Shown piece after piece: positions 33,661 to 44,237 of a stretch of DNA of 64,000 nt. This DNA is from a virus: IMG/VR virus record IMGVR_UViG_3300038427_000078. One strand, given 5' to 3'. Numbering within the stretch: position 1 is the first letter of the stretch; every line of letters starts with the position of its first letter. A program made the translations under genes and the position numbers. Below the pieces are notes generated by a model. The model was given only the letters and a program-made list of their open reading frames with translations. It was not told the origin of the DNA and ran no database searches.

Positions 33661-33674
33661 GGGGTAATAGATGG

Positions 33675-35072
33675 ATGAGCGTATTCGACCCACACAGCGT
33701 CAGCCAAGAGAAACTACAGCACTTCCGCAACGCCGCAGAGCAGGCGTGGGCGGACGACACGCGGCACCCTGACTTTCAGGGCCACCCGTGCTCTGCTGCG
33801 GGTCAGTGCTACGTCACATCCAAGTGGCTACAGGGCAAGCTAGGCGGACACGTCGGGCAGAAGGGAGGCCACTACTTTTGGGCCTCACCGGACAAGCAGT
33901 ACATCATCGACCTCACCGGGGACCAGTACGCTTACGAGCCTACTGACAAGCGGGCGCAGATCCCGCAGGACGGCGAGGACGAACCGTGGGAGCCACCACA
34001 GGATCACCAAGAACACCGGCCTGGGCCGGTCGTTTACACACGCGCAGATCACCCGCTCTACAAGGGCTTCCGGGTGAAAGAAGATCCGGAAAATCCGCGT
34101 GCGACACTCTTCGGTAAGAGGGCGGATCTGGCCCTTGAGCAGAAGCTCCCACCACGAACGGCTGACGCGGCAGGTGGTGGCGCAGGACTAGGAGGGGACG
34201 CCTACCCCGGAGACACGCCGCAGAAGGAGGAGGACTACAGCCAGAAGTATTTCCATGACGCACTCAATGATCTACTACTAACCCAGGAGGCTCCCGACGA
34301 ACATGAGTACAGATGGTTCTTTGGAAACGGACAGCTACATGTATCACCTTTTCATAATCACGACGAACTCCGAGAGCATTCCGGTGTCGCTGCGGACGAC
34401 GGTGGGCCTAGCGCCGCTGGTGTCGTCAACGTTGCGGGAGGGACAGCGATTTGGCGTGCTGAGAGTAACATCGCAATACGCGGACTCGCCAAGCGACTCG
34501 AAGAATACGGCAAGAGTGTGGGTTGGGGATGGGGAGGACTGGTGCGAGGAAACGGAGAATCCTTCGGTGATGACTTTGGCCCTAAGAAGTCTTACTGGTT
34601 TGGATGGAAAGCCGGGGTCCAGATTGGTGAGCATCCGTTCTTTCACGCGCTTGGCCGATTTACTACTAGAGGACGTGAGGTCTTCCTTCCGCGCACTAGC
34701 TCCCGAGTCCGAGAAGGACTTGAGGAATGGGCAAGGGACTTTGGCTACCGTATAGCCGAGTTCCCTGGCGGCGGGAACATGATGGACAAGCTCAAGAACA
34801 AAGAGACTCTGGACATCTACGACAAGGGCAACCCTGACAAGGGTGAAGTTCCATCACAGTACGAAGGCACTCCGCAGGGTGAGTTGACATGCCCGCACTG
34901 CGGAGAGCACCTACCCGACTACATGCAGTGGGTCATGCACATGGACTCACACGACGACGAGCACGATCATGGTGAACTGGACGATGGTCACTTCCCGACA
35001 ATCGAAGGGCTGGACGAGCCGCTACAGCTACGCCCGATGAACAGTGAACCTTCAAGTTCTCCGTTGGAGTAA
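33675..35072 (+). CDS. multidomain protein with N-terminal YunG-like (Cys-His-Asp) domain
   Basis: GQCYVTS...HYFW...IIDLTGDQY; C-terminal C2H2 motif. Confidence 0.6.
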   Translation: MSVFDPHSVSQEKLQHFRNAAEQAWADDTRHPDFQGHPCSAAGQCYVTSKWLQGKLGGHVGQKGGHYFWASPDKQYIIDLTGDQYAYEPTDKRAQIPQDGEDEPWEPPQDHQEHRPGPVVYTRADHPLYKGFRVKEDPENPRATLFGKRADLALEQKLPPRTADAAGGGAGLGGDAYPGDTPQKEEDYSQKYFHDALNDLLLTQEAPDEHEYRWFFGNGQLHVSPFHNHDELREHSGVAADDGGPSAAGVVNVAGGTAIWRAESNIAIRGLAKRLEEYGKSVGWGWGGLVRGNGESFGDDFGPKKSYWFGWKAGVQIGEHPFFHALGRFTTRGREVFLPRTSSRVREGLEEWARDFGYRIAEFPGGGNMMDKLKNKETLDIYDKGNPDKGEVPSQYEGTPQGELTCPHCGEHLPDYMQWVMHMDSHDDEHDHGELDDGHFPTIEGLDEPLQLRPMNSEPSSSPLE

Positions 35073-35114
35073 GCAACCGGCTATATTATGACACGAAACT
35101 CATCGGTAATTACT

Positions 35115-35633
35115 ATGGATAGCTTATGTGAGTGTGGTTGTGGGAAAATGGCTCCTATCGCAACCAAGACAAACGTTTCAAGGGGTCATGTCAAAGGACA
35201 ACCTGTGCGATTCATTCGCGGACATTACAAAGGCGGTAGTCCAGGCCGTCGTGTGCCAATTTGGGATATTAGCGAAGATGGGCGTATGGCGACGGGGGAA
35301 TGTAAGCGGCATGGCATTGGAAAGTTCGTTCTTCGAGGCGATGGGACAATGCGTTATCGTTGCCAATCTTGCGCTAGCATGCACGCTCGCAATTGGAATA
35401 AACGACGTAAGGAAACGCTTGTCAAGGAGCATGGGGGCAAGTGTGTTATTTGCGGATACGATAGATACCTGGGCGCTTTTCATTTCCACCATCGGGATCG
35501 TACGACAAAGGAGTTTCATGTGAATCAACATGGACCTGGAATTGAGGCAGCGCGGGTAGAGGCAAAGAAGTGTATTCTGCTCTGTGGCAACTGTCATTCC
35601 GAGGTTGAGGGTGGGTTCAGTGAGCTTCCGTAA
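35115..35633 (+). CDS. HNH homing endonuclease
   Basis: CECGCG N-terminus; FHFHH...KKCILLCGNCH; lower GC than flanks. Confidence 0.88.
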   Translation: MDSLCECGCGKMAPIATKTNVSRGHVKGQPVRFIRGHYKGGSPGRRVPIWDISEDGRMATGECKRHGIGKFVLRGDGTMRYRCQSCASMHARNWNKRRKETLVKEHGGKCVICGYDRYLGAFHFHHRDRTTKEFHVNQHGPGIEAARVEAKKCILLCGNCHSEVEGGFSELP

Positions 35634-35640
35634 GGACTCT

Positions 35641-37746
35641 ATGACCGTGCAGCCGCTCGCCAGTGTCAAGGAGGCTGCTCGCGCACCAGACTACGCCGAA
35701 TACGGTGGCTGGTGGGGCTTCAACGACAAGCAGTTCCGGGTCTACGGCGGCTATCTCAACGGACAGCTTGTCGGCTTCGGCGTGGTCAAGCTCGACAGCG
35801 ACGTGCCGAGAGTCATCGTGGTTCACTCAGCGGTTCGTGAGGACGCCATGAACGAGGCCATGCTCCGTCGCATCGCGCTCCACTTCCCGAGCCTCAAAGC
35901 CGGTGCTGACAGCCCGGAGGAGGAACGCCTCCTATCCCGAGTGGGACTGCTTGAGGCACAGCCGGGACTATGGCTCAAGATCGCTGGTCAGGAAGGCAAG
36001 GACATCTTGCAAGCGCCGATCCCGTTCGTCTACGATGTCGAAAAAGACGAAATCGAAGTCGGGCACCCCGGCCAGAAAACAGCGGACGTGCAAGGCGAGT
36101 TCACGCCGGGTGGTATAGTGGAGGGCTACTATGAACCTGGCGGCAAGATGGTCATCACGACCAAAACATCGATCCCCTACACGAACTACCACATGGTACA
36201 ATTGTGGTATTGGAGTCATCCAACGTTGGAGGTAACAGGAGTGGACTATGAAAACACAGGACAGAAGAAGGTCAAGCTCGCATCGGAGGATGTCGGGCAG
36301 TACATCCGCACACTCGCGTCTGCTGACCCTGCGGCGTGGAAGGCGTATCAAGCTCTTGGTGCTGCTGGCGGTCACGTATATGTGGTGGGCGGTGCGGTCC
36401 GCGATGCCCTCCTACAACGTCAACCCAAGGACATTGACTTGCTGGTTGGTGGTCTACCTAGCGAGGAGGTTCACCGAATCCTTACGTCACTCCCTGGACA
36501 GGTTGACATGCGCGGTTCGAGGTTCGGCATCTACGTCTACCACACGCACGGCAAAGAGGTAGAGATTGCGCTTCCACGCAAAGACGACTACGAGGGTGGC
36601 AAACGCGCTGATGTGAAAATCAGCGCCGACCCGAACCTACCTATCGAGAAGGATCTGGAACGCCGTGACTTCACCGCGAACAGCATGGCCGTGGACCTCA
36701 ACAGCGGTCAACTCATTGACCCATTCGACGGCTCAGGCGACATCAGCCGTGGCGTGCTTCGCACCACTCACCCGAAGTCATTCAAGGAGGATCCGACGAG
36801 GCTTATGCGTGCGCTCACCGCTACCTCGCGCTTCGGCCTAGAGCCGGATGAGAAGACGAGGGCCGAGATGGGTGAATCCGCGCACATGCTCGACCATGAG
36901 TCACCGGACGCCCTACGGGTCCAGCTAGAGAAACTGATGGTGAGCGCAAACCCGGCACGGGCGGTACGACTCGCGCAGGAAACTGGCGTGCTTCACCACC
37001 TATTCCCGGAGCTTGCGGAGAACTACGACTTCGACCAGCACAATCCACACCACAACTACTCCCTTGGCGACCACTCACTACAGGTGCTCGACAACATGGC
37101 GCGAATCACACCTAACCCTGACATGCGCCTCGCTGCGTTGCTTCACGACATCGGCAAGCCGGGGTCGCAGTGGTTCGACGGTCACGGTGTGGCTCACTAC
37201 TACCCACGTCCGCAGCACCTAGACGCAGAACTCGCTCCTGGGGGTAAGTGGCAGCGTGCCGAGAATTGGGGCGCGGACCACGCAGCCTTGGGCGCGAACA
37301 TGGCCGAGGCCCGCCTGCGTCAGACCTTCAACTACCCGGTGGAGAACATGCGCCGCATTCACTCACTCATCAACGCCCACATGTTCGGCAACTTCGAGAA
37401 ACCGAAGGGGGCACGCAAGTTCCTACAGCAGAACGGCCAGCACGCCGACGACCTACTCACACTGCGTGAATGCGATGGGGAGGGCAAGGGCACCGAGAGC
37501 ACAGACAATGTGGAACAGATGCGCCAACTCATCGAAAACGAGCGACAGCAGGGTGCTCCCACCACTCAGTCCGCGCTAGCTGTCAACGGTAACGACATTA
37601 TGGGCCTTGGCATAAAGGCAGGCCCGCAGATCGGCACCATTCTGCGCCAGCTAACAGATGACGTGGTAGACGATCCGAAACTCAATGACCGCGAAGCTCT
37701 CCTACAGCGCGCTCAGGAATACGCCGATGCTCAGCCAGGTAGCTAA
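35641..37746 (+). CDS. cca: CCA-adding tRNA nucleotidyltransferase with HD domain and N-terminal extension
   Basis: VGGAVRD, DIDL, RRDFTANSMA, EDPTRLMRA, LLHDIGKP. Confidence 0.88.
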   Translation: MTVQPLASVKEAARAPDYAEYGGWWGFNDKQFRVYGGYLNGQLVGFGVVKLDSDVPRVIVVHSAVREDAMNEAMLRRIALHFPSLKAGADSPEEERLLSRVGLLEAQPGLWLKIAGQEGKDILQAPIPFVYDVEKDEIEVGHPGQKTADVQGEFTPGGIVEGYYEPGGKMVITTKTSIPYTNYHMVQLWYWSHPTLEVTGVDYENTGQKKVKLASEDVGQYIRTLASADPAAWKAYQALGAAGGHVYVVGGAVRDALLQRQPKDIDLLVGGLPSEEVHRILTSLPGQVDMRGSRFGIYVYHTHGKEVEIALPRKDDYEGGKRADVKISADPNLPIEKDLERRDFTANSMAVDLNSGQLIDPFDGSGDISRGVLRTTHPKSFKEDPTRLMRALTATSRFGLEPDEKTRAEMGESAHMLDHESPDALRVQLEKLMVSANPARAVRLAQETGVLHHLFPELAENYDFDQHNPHHNYSLGDHSLQVLDNMARITPNPDMRLAALLHDIGKPGSQWFDGHGVAHYYPRPQHLDAELAPGGKWQRAENWGADHAALGANMAEARLRQTFNYPVENMRRIHSLINAHMFGNFEKPKGARKFLQQNGQHADDLLTLRECDGEGKGTESTDNVEQMRQLIENERQQGAPTTQSALAVNGNDIMGLGIKAGPQIGTILRQLTDDVVDDPKLNDREALLQRAQEYADAQPGS

Positions 37747-39811
37747 CGTCCTAGACCCGATCCACGACACGCTTGATCCCCGCGTGTGGGAGAAAGCTGG
37801 TTCAGGGCACCCGGTGCTCAAGCCGAAGCACGCCCACTGGATCAAGAAGTCGATCTACTCGACGCTGGATCAGGCAGGTTACACCAACCCGGAGCAGTGG
37901 CTCACACTCTGTTTCACTGGCTCGCTCACCACTTACCAGTACAGCGACGACAGTGACGCGGATGTCAGCCTGTTCGTAGACAGTGAGAAGTTCCCCGAGT
38001 GGAGCAGGGCTGAGATGATCGGCCTCATGGTGTCACAGCTTGACGAGCACTACATGCCGGGTACCCCGTACCCTCTACAGGCGTTCGTGATCCCCGAGGG
38101 TGTCAAGCCGCATGACATCTACCGACCAGGGCTGCGCAGCGCATACGACATTGACAACAACAAATGGATCGTGGCTCCCGAGAAGCAGCGTATCCACGAC
38201 ATCGAGTCAGAAGAGAATGGCTTCTACTCCTGGGCGTTGCAGATGGCTGACAAGATGGAGCGACTGCTGCGCTATGAGCCGAAAAAGGCGGTGGACTTCT
38301 GGCACGCCATTCACCGTCGTCGCAGGCGTGACATGCAGGCGGGGAAGGGTGACACCGCCGAGAGCAACATCGTCTACAAGTTCCTCGCACAGCGTGGCCT
38401 CCTGCCACAGATCGCACAGGAGAGCGGTGAGTACATCGCCTCTACCAAGACCTCTGCTCATCGCCTGGAATACGACCGGGCTATTCACCCGGAAGGCAAG
38501 GGTCTGCTATTCACAGACGGCTCAATGTGGACGTGGCCGACCAAGGACTTGAAGCCTCCGCACATGCGCTACAACATGGAGGCAAAATCGCAGGGACTAC
38601 AGACAGTACCAGGCAGCGCCTTCGCGATCAAAGAGGGCAAAGTGTGGCAGTTCGGCGCAGGGCGCAGCCTCAACCCACAGCAGCAAGCTCAGATTCAGAG
38701 CATCGACCCTCGCCTCGAAATGGCACCTTCGCGTCGGCAGGAAGAACTCAACACCGCAGAGCCAGGGTTCGGCCACGGGCAGAACGTGCTCGACATTCTC
38801 GAACGCCAGGATAAGCAGGCGGGCTACGGCGGGCATGCACGCGATCTAAGGCCAAGGGATGAACTTGAAATCCTGCTCCGCGAATACCGCGAAATGGCAC
38901 AGATGAGTAACAAGCACGCCCTGCCTCTGAAAATGGCGATCAAATCCCTGGAAGAAGAGCTAGGCGAGCACGACCGCGTGCTCAGCACATGGCAGGTTGT
39001 GGCGATGCCGTACGACGAGCAGTTCATCAACGAACTCAAACCCGAACACACCATGGAGAAGGGTGACGATAGTGGTGAGTTCTTGGTGCCGACACTTCAC
39101 GCCATACACCCCACTCAGGGCGAGGTAGGCCACCTACAGTACACTACGGGTGATGAAGAAAACCCGTTCCCTCCGGGTGTGCTGATGCTACGCACGCATG
39201 AGCCATACAAGCGCAAAGGGATCGCTACCTGGATGATGGACAAGCTACAGGAGCACTACCCTGACCAGCCTATCGACATGGGTGGGTATTCAGACTCCGG
39301 GCGAGAATGGGCGCGGGCCTACCAGGGTGACGAAGGTTACAATCCTGCCACGTTTGTAAAGGATCTCAAGCCACTTACTGAATACGAGTTCTATCACATG
39401 GGGTCTACCTCACTGCACGAACTGGTGGAGCGCATCTTTACCGGCGTCATGGAAGGTGGTATTACCCTCAACCTCGCAGGCGAAGAGCCGACAGCCCGTT
39501 ACGGGTTTGCGCCCGACAAGAGTAGCGAGGAACGCATCTCGTTGCAGACGGTGACACCGCACGACATCGAAGCGTACATCCAGCACCACCTGCGCGAGCT
39601 ATCTCAGCCTGGGAAATACGTGGGCGCTTGGATAGCAGAGGGCGATGTGTGGCTGGATGTGACGGAAAGCCATGAAGATTTGAATGAGGCATACAAGCGT
39701 GCTTGGAATGGAAATCAGCGCGCTCTCTACGATAGTGTAGCCGAAGAAGATATTCCAGTGAGGGATTCGGGCATTCCTCCGATAGAACCGGAATCCAATG
39801 AACCACGGTGA
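37727..39811 (+). CDS. multidomain protein: Pol-beta-type nucleotidyltransferase plus GNAT-like domain
   Basis: TGSLTTYQYSDDSDADV; PYKRKGIATWMM acetyl-CoA-binding-like motif. Confidence 0.7.
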   Translation: MLSQVANVLDPIHDTLDPRVWEKAGSGHPVLKPKHAHWIKKSIYSTLDQAGYTNPEQWLTLCFTGSLTTYQYSDDSDADVSLFVDSEKFPEWSRAEMIGLMVSQLDEHYMPGTPYPLQAFVIPEGVKPHDIYRPGLRSAYDIDNNKWIVAPEKQRIHDIESEENGFYSWALQMADKMERLLRYEPKKAVDFWHAIHRRRRRDMQAGKGDTAESNIVYKFLAQRGLLPQIAQESGEYIASTKTSAHRLEYDRAIHPEGKGLLFTDGSMWTWPTKDLKPPHMRYNMEAKSQGLQTVPGSAFAIKEGKVWQFGAGRSLNPQQQAQIQSIDPRLEMAPSRRQEELNTAEPGFGHGQNVLDILERQDKQAGYGGHARDLRPRDELEILLREYREMAQMSNKHALPLKMAIKSLEEELGEHDRVLSTWQVVAMPYDEQFINELKPEHTMEKGDDSGEFLVPTLHAIHPTQGEVGHLQYTTGDEENPFPPGVLMLRTHEPYKRKGIATWMMDKLQEHYPDQPIDMGGYSDSGREWARAYQGDEGYNPATFVKDLKPLTEYEFYHMGSTSLHELVERIFTGVMEGGITLNLAGEEPTARYGFAPDKSSEERISLQTVTPHDIEAYIQHHLRELSQPGKYVGAWIAEGDVWLDVTESHEDLNEAYKRAWNGNQRALYDSVAEEDIPVRDSGIPPIEPESNEPR

Positions 39812-40343
39812 ATACAGAACCTACGTAAGTGGATGTCGTTGCGACGAGTGTCGAGAGGCAAATCGTGTGTATAAGTGTGATTGGCAACGTAAAAATCGTA
39901 CCAAGGCGAGGGCGTCCTCTAAGCGTTGGGAAACCAACCATCGCAAAAGAAGGAACGAAGTCAAAAAACGCTATTGTGACAAAAACCGTGAACGCATCCG
40001 TGAGCAGAATCTAAAGGCTAAACGAAAATGGGCAACTAACAACCCGGAGAAGGCTCGCGCTGACAATCATAGAAGCAGCAATACTCGTCGTGCTCGCGAA
40101 CACAATGCGTTTATTGAGCAGGTAGAACGGGATACGGTCTACGAGATGCACGGCGGCATGTGCGGAATCTGCGAGCAGTTCATCGACAAGAACGCACCCG
40201 AAGCGCTAGAACGCATAGCGAAAGGCGAAGCGTGGTTTCACGTAGACCATGTGATACCCTTGAGCAAGGAAGGTTTGCACTGCTACGCCAATGTGCAGCC
40301 TGCTCATCCTTCATGTAATAGACGGAAGAGCAACAAATGCTAG
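39798..40343 (+). CDS. HNH homing endonuclease
   Basis: CGIC...HVDHVIPLSKEGLH..NVQPAHPSCN. Confidence 0.9.
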   Translation: MNHGEYRTYVSGCRCDECREANRVYKCDWQRKNRTKARASSKRWETNHRKRRNEVKKRYCDKNRERIREQNLKAKRKWATNNPEKARADNHRSSNTRRAREHNAFIEQVERDTVYEMHGGMCGICEQFIDKNAPEALERIAKGEAWFHVDHVIPLSKEGLHCYANVQPAHPSCNRRKSNKC

Positions 40344-41551
40344 ATTGGAAGATCACTATGACCCAGGATGATGAGGTCTGGTTCGAGGACTACGTTCGCT
40401 CGTACATCGGGTCGGACTTGCCTCACCTGCCTCCGCACACCACCAAGGTAGGTGCGACCACGGCTACCTGGGTCGAACCTCAGCCGGGGTTCTACACGCT
40501 TCAACTGGTGGGTGGCTCCCACGACGATCAGTGGTTTGCTGAACAGTACGTGAGCGGCATGCTTGAGGAGCACGGCCTAGAGCGCCAGATGTTCACTTTC
40601 ACCCATGAACACAAGACCGCCGACTACTCAGACGTTGAGTCCAAGGCGGTTCGGTTGATCCAGTCGGGCAAAGTTCACGTTCAGGCCAATCACGCCGACG
40701 AGATTCAGGGCATCGTGGAAGGCGACCACGGCACTTACGAGGTCAACATCAAGAAGGACGCCAACCCGGAATCGGAATCCATCTCGCGGTGGAACTGCGA
40801 ATGCGATTGGGGTCAGTTCGCGTGGGGACGCACCCGTCAGTGGAAGCGCTTCGAGGGTCGCCCGTGCGCGCACGTACTCGCGCTCTATTGGGCGGCTCGA
40901 TCAGTGCCGCAGGAGATGGAACAGATACCGGAAGGGTGGACCGAACAGCCAGCTACCGCCGAAGGCACGCCAGAAGGCCCAGCGGCCCAGCGCATCCAGC
41001 AGGGTGAATACCCCGGCGCAGGAGGGATGGTCCCGCCAGGGGCGTCACCGATGCTCATGCAGCCTCCACAGGTACCGCAGGCCGTGGGCCAGGGTATGCC
41101 TCCGGGCCAAGCTCCCGAACCGAGTCCCGCACTGCCACCGTACCCGGCCAATCCTGAGAACATGCCCGCCATGAACCCGGTATCAGTGCCCGGTCAGAAG
41201 CCGCAGTCGCCCCTCAACCCGATCCAGAACGCCGGGGGTACCTTCTCGCACGTAGCGGCGGAGAAGTCCCCGTTCAATGAAGGCGACATGGTGCAACTCA
41301 AGCAGGACGACATCGGCCAATGGGTCGGCCTCAACGGAGGCGATCCCAAGGCGGTACCAGCCAACAGCATCGGCCAGGTCGAAGGCACCCACCCGAGCAC
41401 GGGGTTGGTCGAAGTCTACTACCCCGGTCCTGCCGCCAACAATGGGCCGAACGAACCGCACGGGGTCAAGGCGTGGCACTGGCCCGCCGACCTCATCGCT
41501 CGCCCGGACATCCCACCTTACGGATCAGCCACCACGACACGAAGGACTTGA
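40337..41551 (+). CDS. SWIM Zn-finger, Pro-rich protein
   Basis: CECDW...RPCAHVLA. Confidence 0.65.
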   Translation: MLDWKITMTQDDEVWFEDYVRSYIGSDLPHLPPHTTKVGATTATWVEPQPGFYTLQLVGGSHDDQWFAEQYVSGMLEEHGLERQMFTFTHEHKTADYSDVESKAVRLIQSGKVHVQANHADEIQGIVEGDHGTYEVNIKKDANPESESISRWNCECDWGQFAWGRTRQWKRFEGRPCAHVLALYWAARSVPQEMEQIPEGWTEQPATAEGTPEGPAAQRIQQGEYPGAGGMVPPGASPMLMQPPQVPQAVGQGMPPGQAPEPSPALPPYPANPENMPAMNPVSVPGQKPQSPLNPIQNAGGTFSHVAAEKSPFNEGDMVQLKQDDIGQWVGLNGGDPKAVPANSIGQVEGTHPSTGLVEVYYPGPAANNGPNEPHGVKAWHWPADLIARPDIPPYGSATTTRRT

Positions 41552-41582
41552 CAACCTGCACAGAGCTTGATACTCTGTGCGG

Positions 41583-41972
41583 ATGCTTGTGAAGCTCATC
41601 GCCACAGTCGCGTTCGCGCCGTTCTTCCACCACGCGCCCAAACCGCGTCGTCATCACCACCGGAGTCAGCCCTCTTTCGAGGTAGCCGGGGCGACATCGA
41701 CGTTCGGCTACCCCGCCGAAGGCCCAGGACAGACCGCAGATGGAGGGACCACCGAGCGGCCCTGCATCGCCATCCGCGACGACCGTACTCTAGGCCACTG
41801 GTTCAAGGTCACGGTCGATGGGCGCACTGCCCGCCTGCTTCACTGCGATTGGGGACCGGCTAGCTGGACAGGACGGGCCATTGACATCACGGGCGAAGGC
41901 GTACGCGCGTTGGGGTTCAGCCAAGCGGGATACCCGACCGGCGCAGTAGGAGTTGCGAGGGAGTTGGGATAA
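41583..41972 (+). CDS. secreted RlpA/DPBB-like lytic transglycosylase-fold protein
   Basis: signal-like N-terminus; DWGP...RAIDIT; own TTGACA promoter. Confidence 0.6.
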   Translation: MLVKLIATVAFAPFFHHAPKPRRHHHRSQPSFEVAGATSTFGYPAEGPGQTADGGTTERPCIAIRDDRTLGHWFKVTVDGRTARLLHCDWGPASWTGRAIDITGEGVRALGFSQAGYPTGAVGVARELG

Positions 41973-42547
41973 TGCGTTCTGGCTTTCGAGGCGTTACGTG
42001 GAGTAAGACTCACGGCAAGTGGCTCGCGAGCGTCAAAGTCGATGGCAAGCACGTCTACTTGGGTGTGTACGAGGACGCAGCCGACGCCGGGATAGCCGCC
42101 AGTGACTTCCGTCTACAGATGGCGATCCCGCGCAAGGTCATTCAGCGTCGGGCGAACGCGGATCGTTCACGCGGAGTCAAACGGCACAAGGAAAAGCTCG
42201 ACCCCGTGGTAGCGCGAGCTATCGCTCTCAAGGGCCACGCCGTGCGCAAACAGTCGGGATGCCTTCACCCCGACAACAAGAGCGGCATCACGGGTATCAG
42301 TTGGAACAGCAAGCGTAACCGATGGTTCGTCCAGGTGCGCGACAAGGATGGTGTCAAGAAACGGCTTGGCTCGTACAAGGACTTGGACGAGGCGAAGCGC
42401 ATGGCAGAAGCGTTCTACGAGACAGGCGAAGATCCTCGCTTGACATCTGCGGGCATGAGACAGGGTTGGCTCCCAAGGACTCCTGCGAACACGTCTGCGG
42501 CGATTGCGAGGGCACGCGCAACGAGCTTGACGGCCACCCATGCCTGA
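41972..42547 (+). CDS. double AP2-domain DNA-binding protein (HEG-derived)
   Basis: SGFRGVTW...YLGVY and SGITGISW...RLGSY. Confidence 0.75.
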   Translation: MRSGFRGVTWSKTHGKWLASVKVDGKHVYLGVYEDAADAGIAASDFRLQMAIPRKVIQRRANADRSRGVKRHKEKLDPVVARAIALKGHAVRKQSGCLHPDNKSGITGISWNSKRNRWFVQVRDKDGVKKRLGSYKDLDEAKRMAEAFYETGEDPRLTSAGMRQGWLPRTPANTSAAIARARATSLTATHA

Positions 42548-42608
42548 CGTGTGGAGGCACCGGCCTCCGCTCGCGGTTCTTCAACGAGTTGGTGGCGGAG
42601 TCTAGCTG

Positions 42609-42845
42609 ATGGAGGATCGACGCTATGAGTTCTCGCCCACAGGTGGTCGGGCCGATGCTATCGCCAAGGTCATCGCGACCATCGAGGCGGCGAGCCATCT
42701 GAACCTCCCATTCACGGTCACGACCGAGAAGGGCGAACACTTCCGCAACGGCGGCAACGTCAACAAGGCCACGATCCTCAGCTATCACGTCGTGGTCGGC
42801 AACAAGATGTCGCCTGAGCTTGACAAGCACGGGAACCCCTGCTAA
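42609..42845 (+). CDS. hypothetical protein
   Basis: TGATG coupling. Confidence 0.55.
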   Translation: MEDRRYEFSPTGGRADAIAKVIATIEAASHLNLPFTVTTEKGEHFRNGGNVNKATILSYHVVVGNKMSPELDKHGNPC

Positions 42846-42854
42846 GGTACAGCT

Positions 42855-43337
42855 ATGACCGCTATCCAAGACATCAAAACCACCCTTGAGAACCGTCTAG
42901 AGCTTCTAGACTATGCCTGCGAACAGGAGAGGCCCGGTACCGCTGCGTTCGATGAACTGTGCGGTCGCCACGAAGAGAGCAAGACCATGTTGGAGCTAGT
43001 CAACTACTTCGCCACGACTCGCGAGGACGTTGAAGATGAGGCTCCCGCCTACTGCGACTGCGACGAGTGCGCCTGCGAGTACGACGAGGACGACTTGGAC
43101 ATCAGTCTCACCATCGACGGCTCCGAGGTAGTCTCCCTGGACGAGTTCCAAGAGATTCGTGCCTACAACTACGAGCTTGCCATTCGCACTCTTGTCCAGC
43201 AGGAGGCGAAGCTGTCAACCTATTGGGCGCTCAAAGAGCTAGGTCTACCGATCCCGTACGACCTACGCAACGAGTGCTGGCCGCTCGACCCGGACAATCC
43301 TGACAACCAGCCTCGCGGCACGTCCTGGCAGCCCTAG
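42855..43337 (+). CDS. acidic protein carrying a copy of a portal C-terminal segment
   Basis: YNYELAIRTLVQQEAKLSTYWALKELGLPIPYDL vs portal YNRELKEQTIAQQRAKLDTYIALATQGLPIPLDL. Confidence 0.8.
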   Translation: MTAIQDIKTTLENRLELLDYACEQERPGTAAFDELCGRHEESKTMLELVNYFATTREDVEDEAPAYCDCDECACEYDEDDLDISLTIDGSEVVSLDEFQEIRAYNYELAIRTLVQQEAKLSTYWALKELGLPIPYDLRNECWPLDPDNPDNQPRGTSWQP

Positions 43338-43338
43338 A

Positions 43339-43596
43339 GTGTATCTAGTAGAAGTCGCCCCTCAACGGTGGACCGTCCGCGAGCAGAAGCCCAAAGCGGG
43401 CAAACACTCTGCGCACACCAAGATCCTTGGGACCATCGAGTTCCATGAGTTCTGGACGTACAAGAACGGTGTGAGGGTGCAATCTGGCTTCTGGATCGCA
43501 CGGCCACCTGACCACGGCTGGAAGGAAACCGGCTGGAAGAAGGTCGAGAGCAAGGACGCTGCTCTCAAGTTCCTCAAGGACCGAGCGAAGAAGTGA
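43339..43596 (+). CDS. hypothetical protein
   Basis: GC3-biased ORF. Confidence 0.55.
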   Translation: MYLVEVAPQRWTVREQKPKAGKHSAHTKILGTIEFHEFWTYKNGVRVQSGFWIARPPDHGWKETGWKKVESKDAALKFLKDRAKK

Positions 43597-43740
43597 AGCG
43601 GGTTGCCATTACTGGCACCCGTGTCCACAAGGACGCCAAGACGCTTGAAGATGACATCCGAGACTGTAGGTACGCTTGTCATAGTGACCTAGCTTTATAC
43701 GCCACTTGAGCTTTGTACGTCGAGCGCACAATAATAGACG

Positions 43741-44091
43741 ATGAGTGAGTCAAACGTAGCGGATGTTGCAACACAACTTGAGCTTGAGCGGGTCGAACGA
43801 GCACGGGTATTAGCTGCCGGAGAGCGCGATAGAGAAATCGTGGCGGCTGAAAAGCGGGCGAGATATGAAGCCCTTGTTGAGGCACGTCTCGATGGATATG
43901 ACGAGCATTTCAAGATCATCAATGGCTCCATCGGTCGTACGGCTGATGCGCTAGAAGCGCTCAAGATCAGCCTCAATGCCGCGACAGCAGAGAAAAAAGC
44001 CATTGTTGGACTACAGACACGACAGATCGCAGCGCTTGCGACCATAGCCACACTCTTGTATGTGGTCCTCAGCTTGATAGGACACGCATGA
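43741..44091 (+). CDS. coiled-coil protein with C-terminal TM (holin/spanin-like)
   Basis: coiled coil plus hydrophobic C-terminus. Confidence 0.5.
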   Translation: MSESNVADVATQLELERVERARVLAAGERDREIVAAEKRARYEALVEARLDGYDEHFKIINGSIGRTADALEALKISLNAATAEKKAIVGLQTRQIAALATIATLLYVVLSLIGHA

Positions 44092-44237
44092 GTTACTCAG
44101 AGAATTCCTCTCACTGACTGTAACGCCACTCGGACTCGCTGTATTCAACGGCGTGACCATGCTGGTAGCAGCCGACCTATGGCATCGCAAACATCACTGA
44201 GGGATCAAATCACCGGGGTTCTCGGACGTAATAGACG

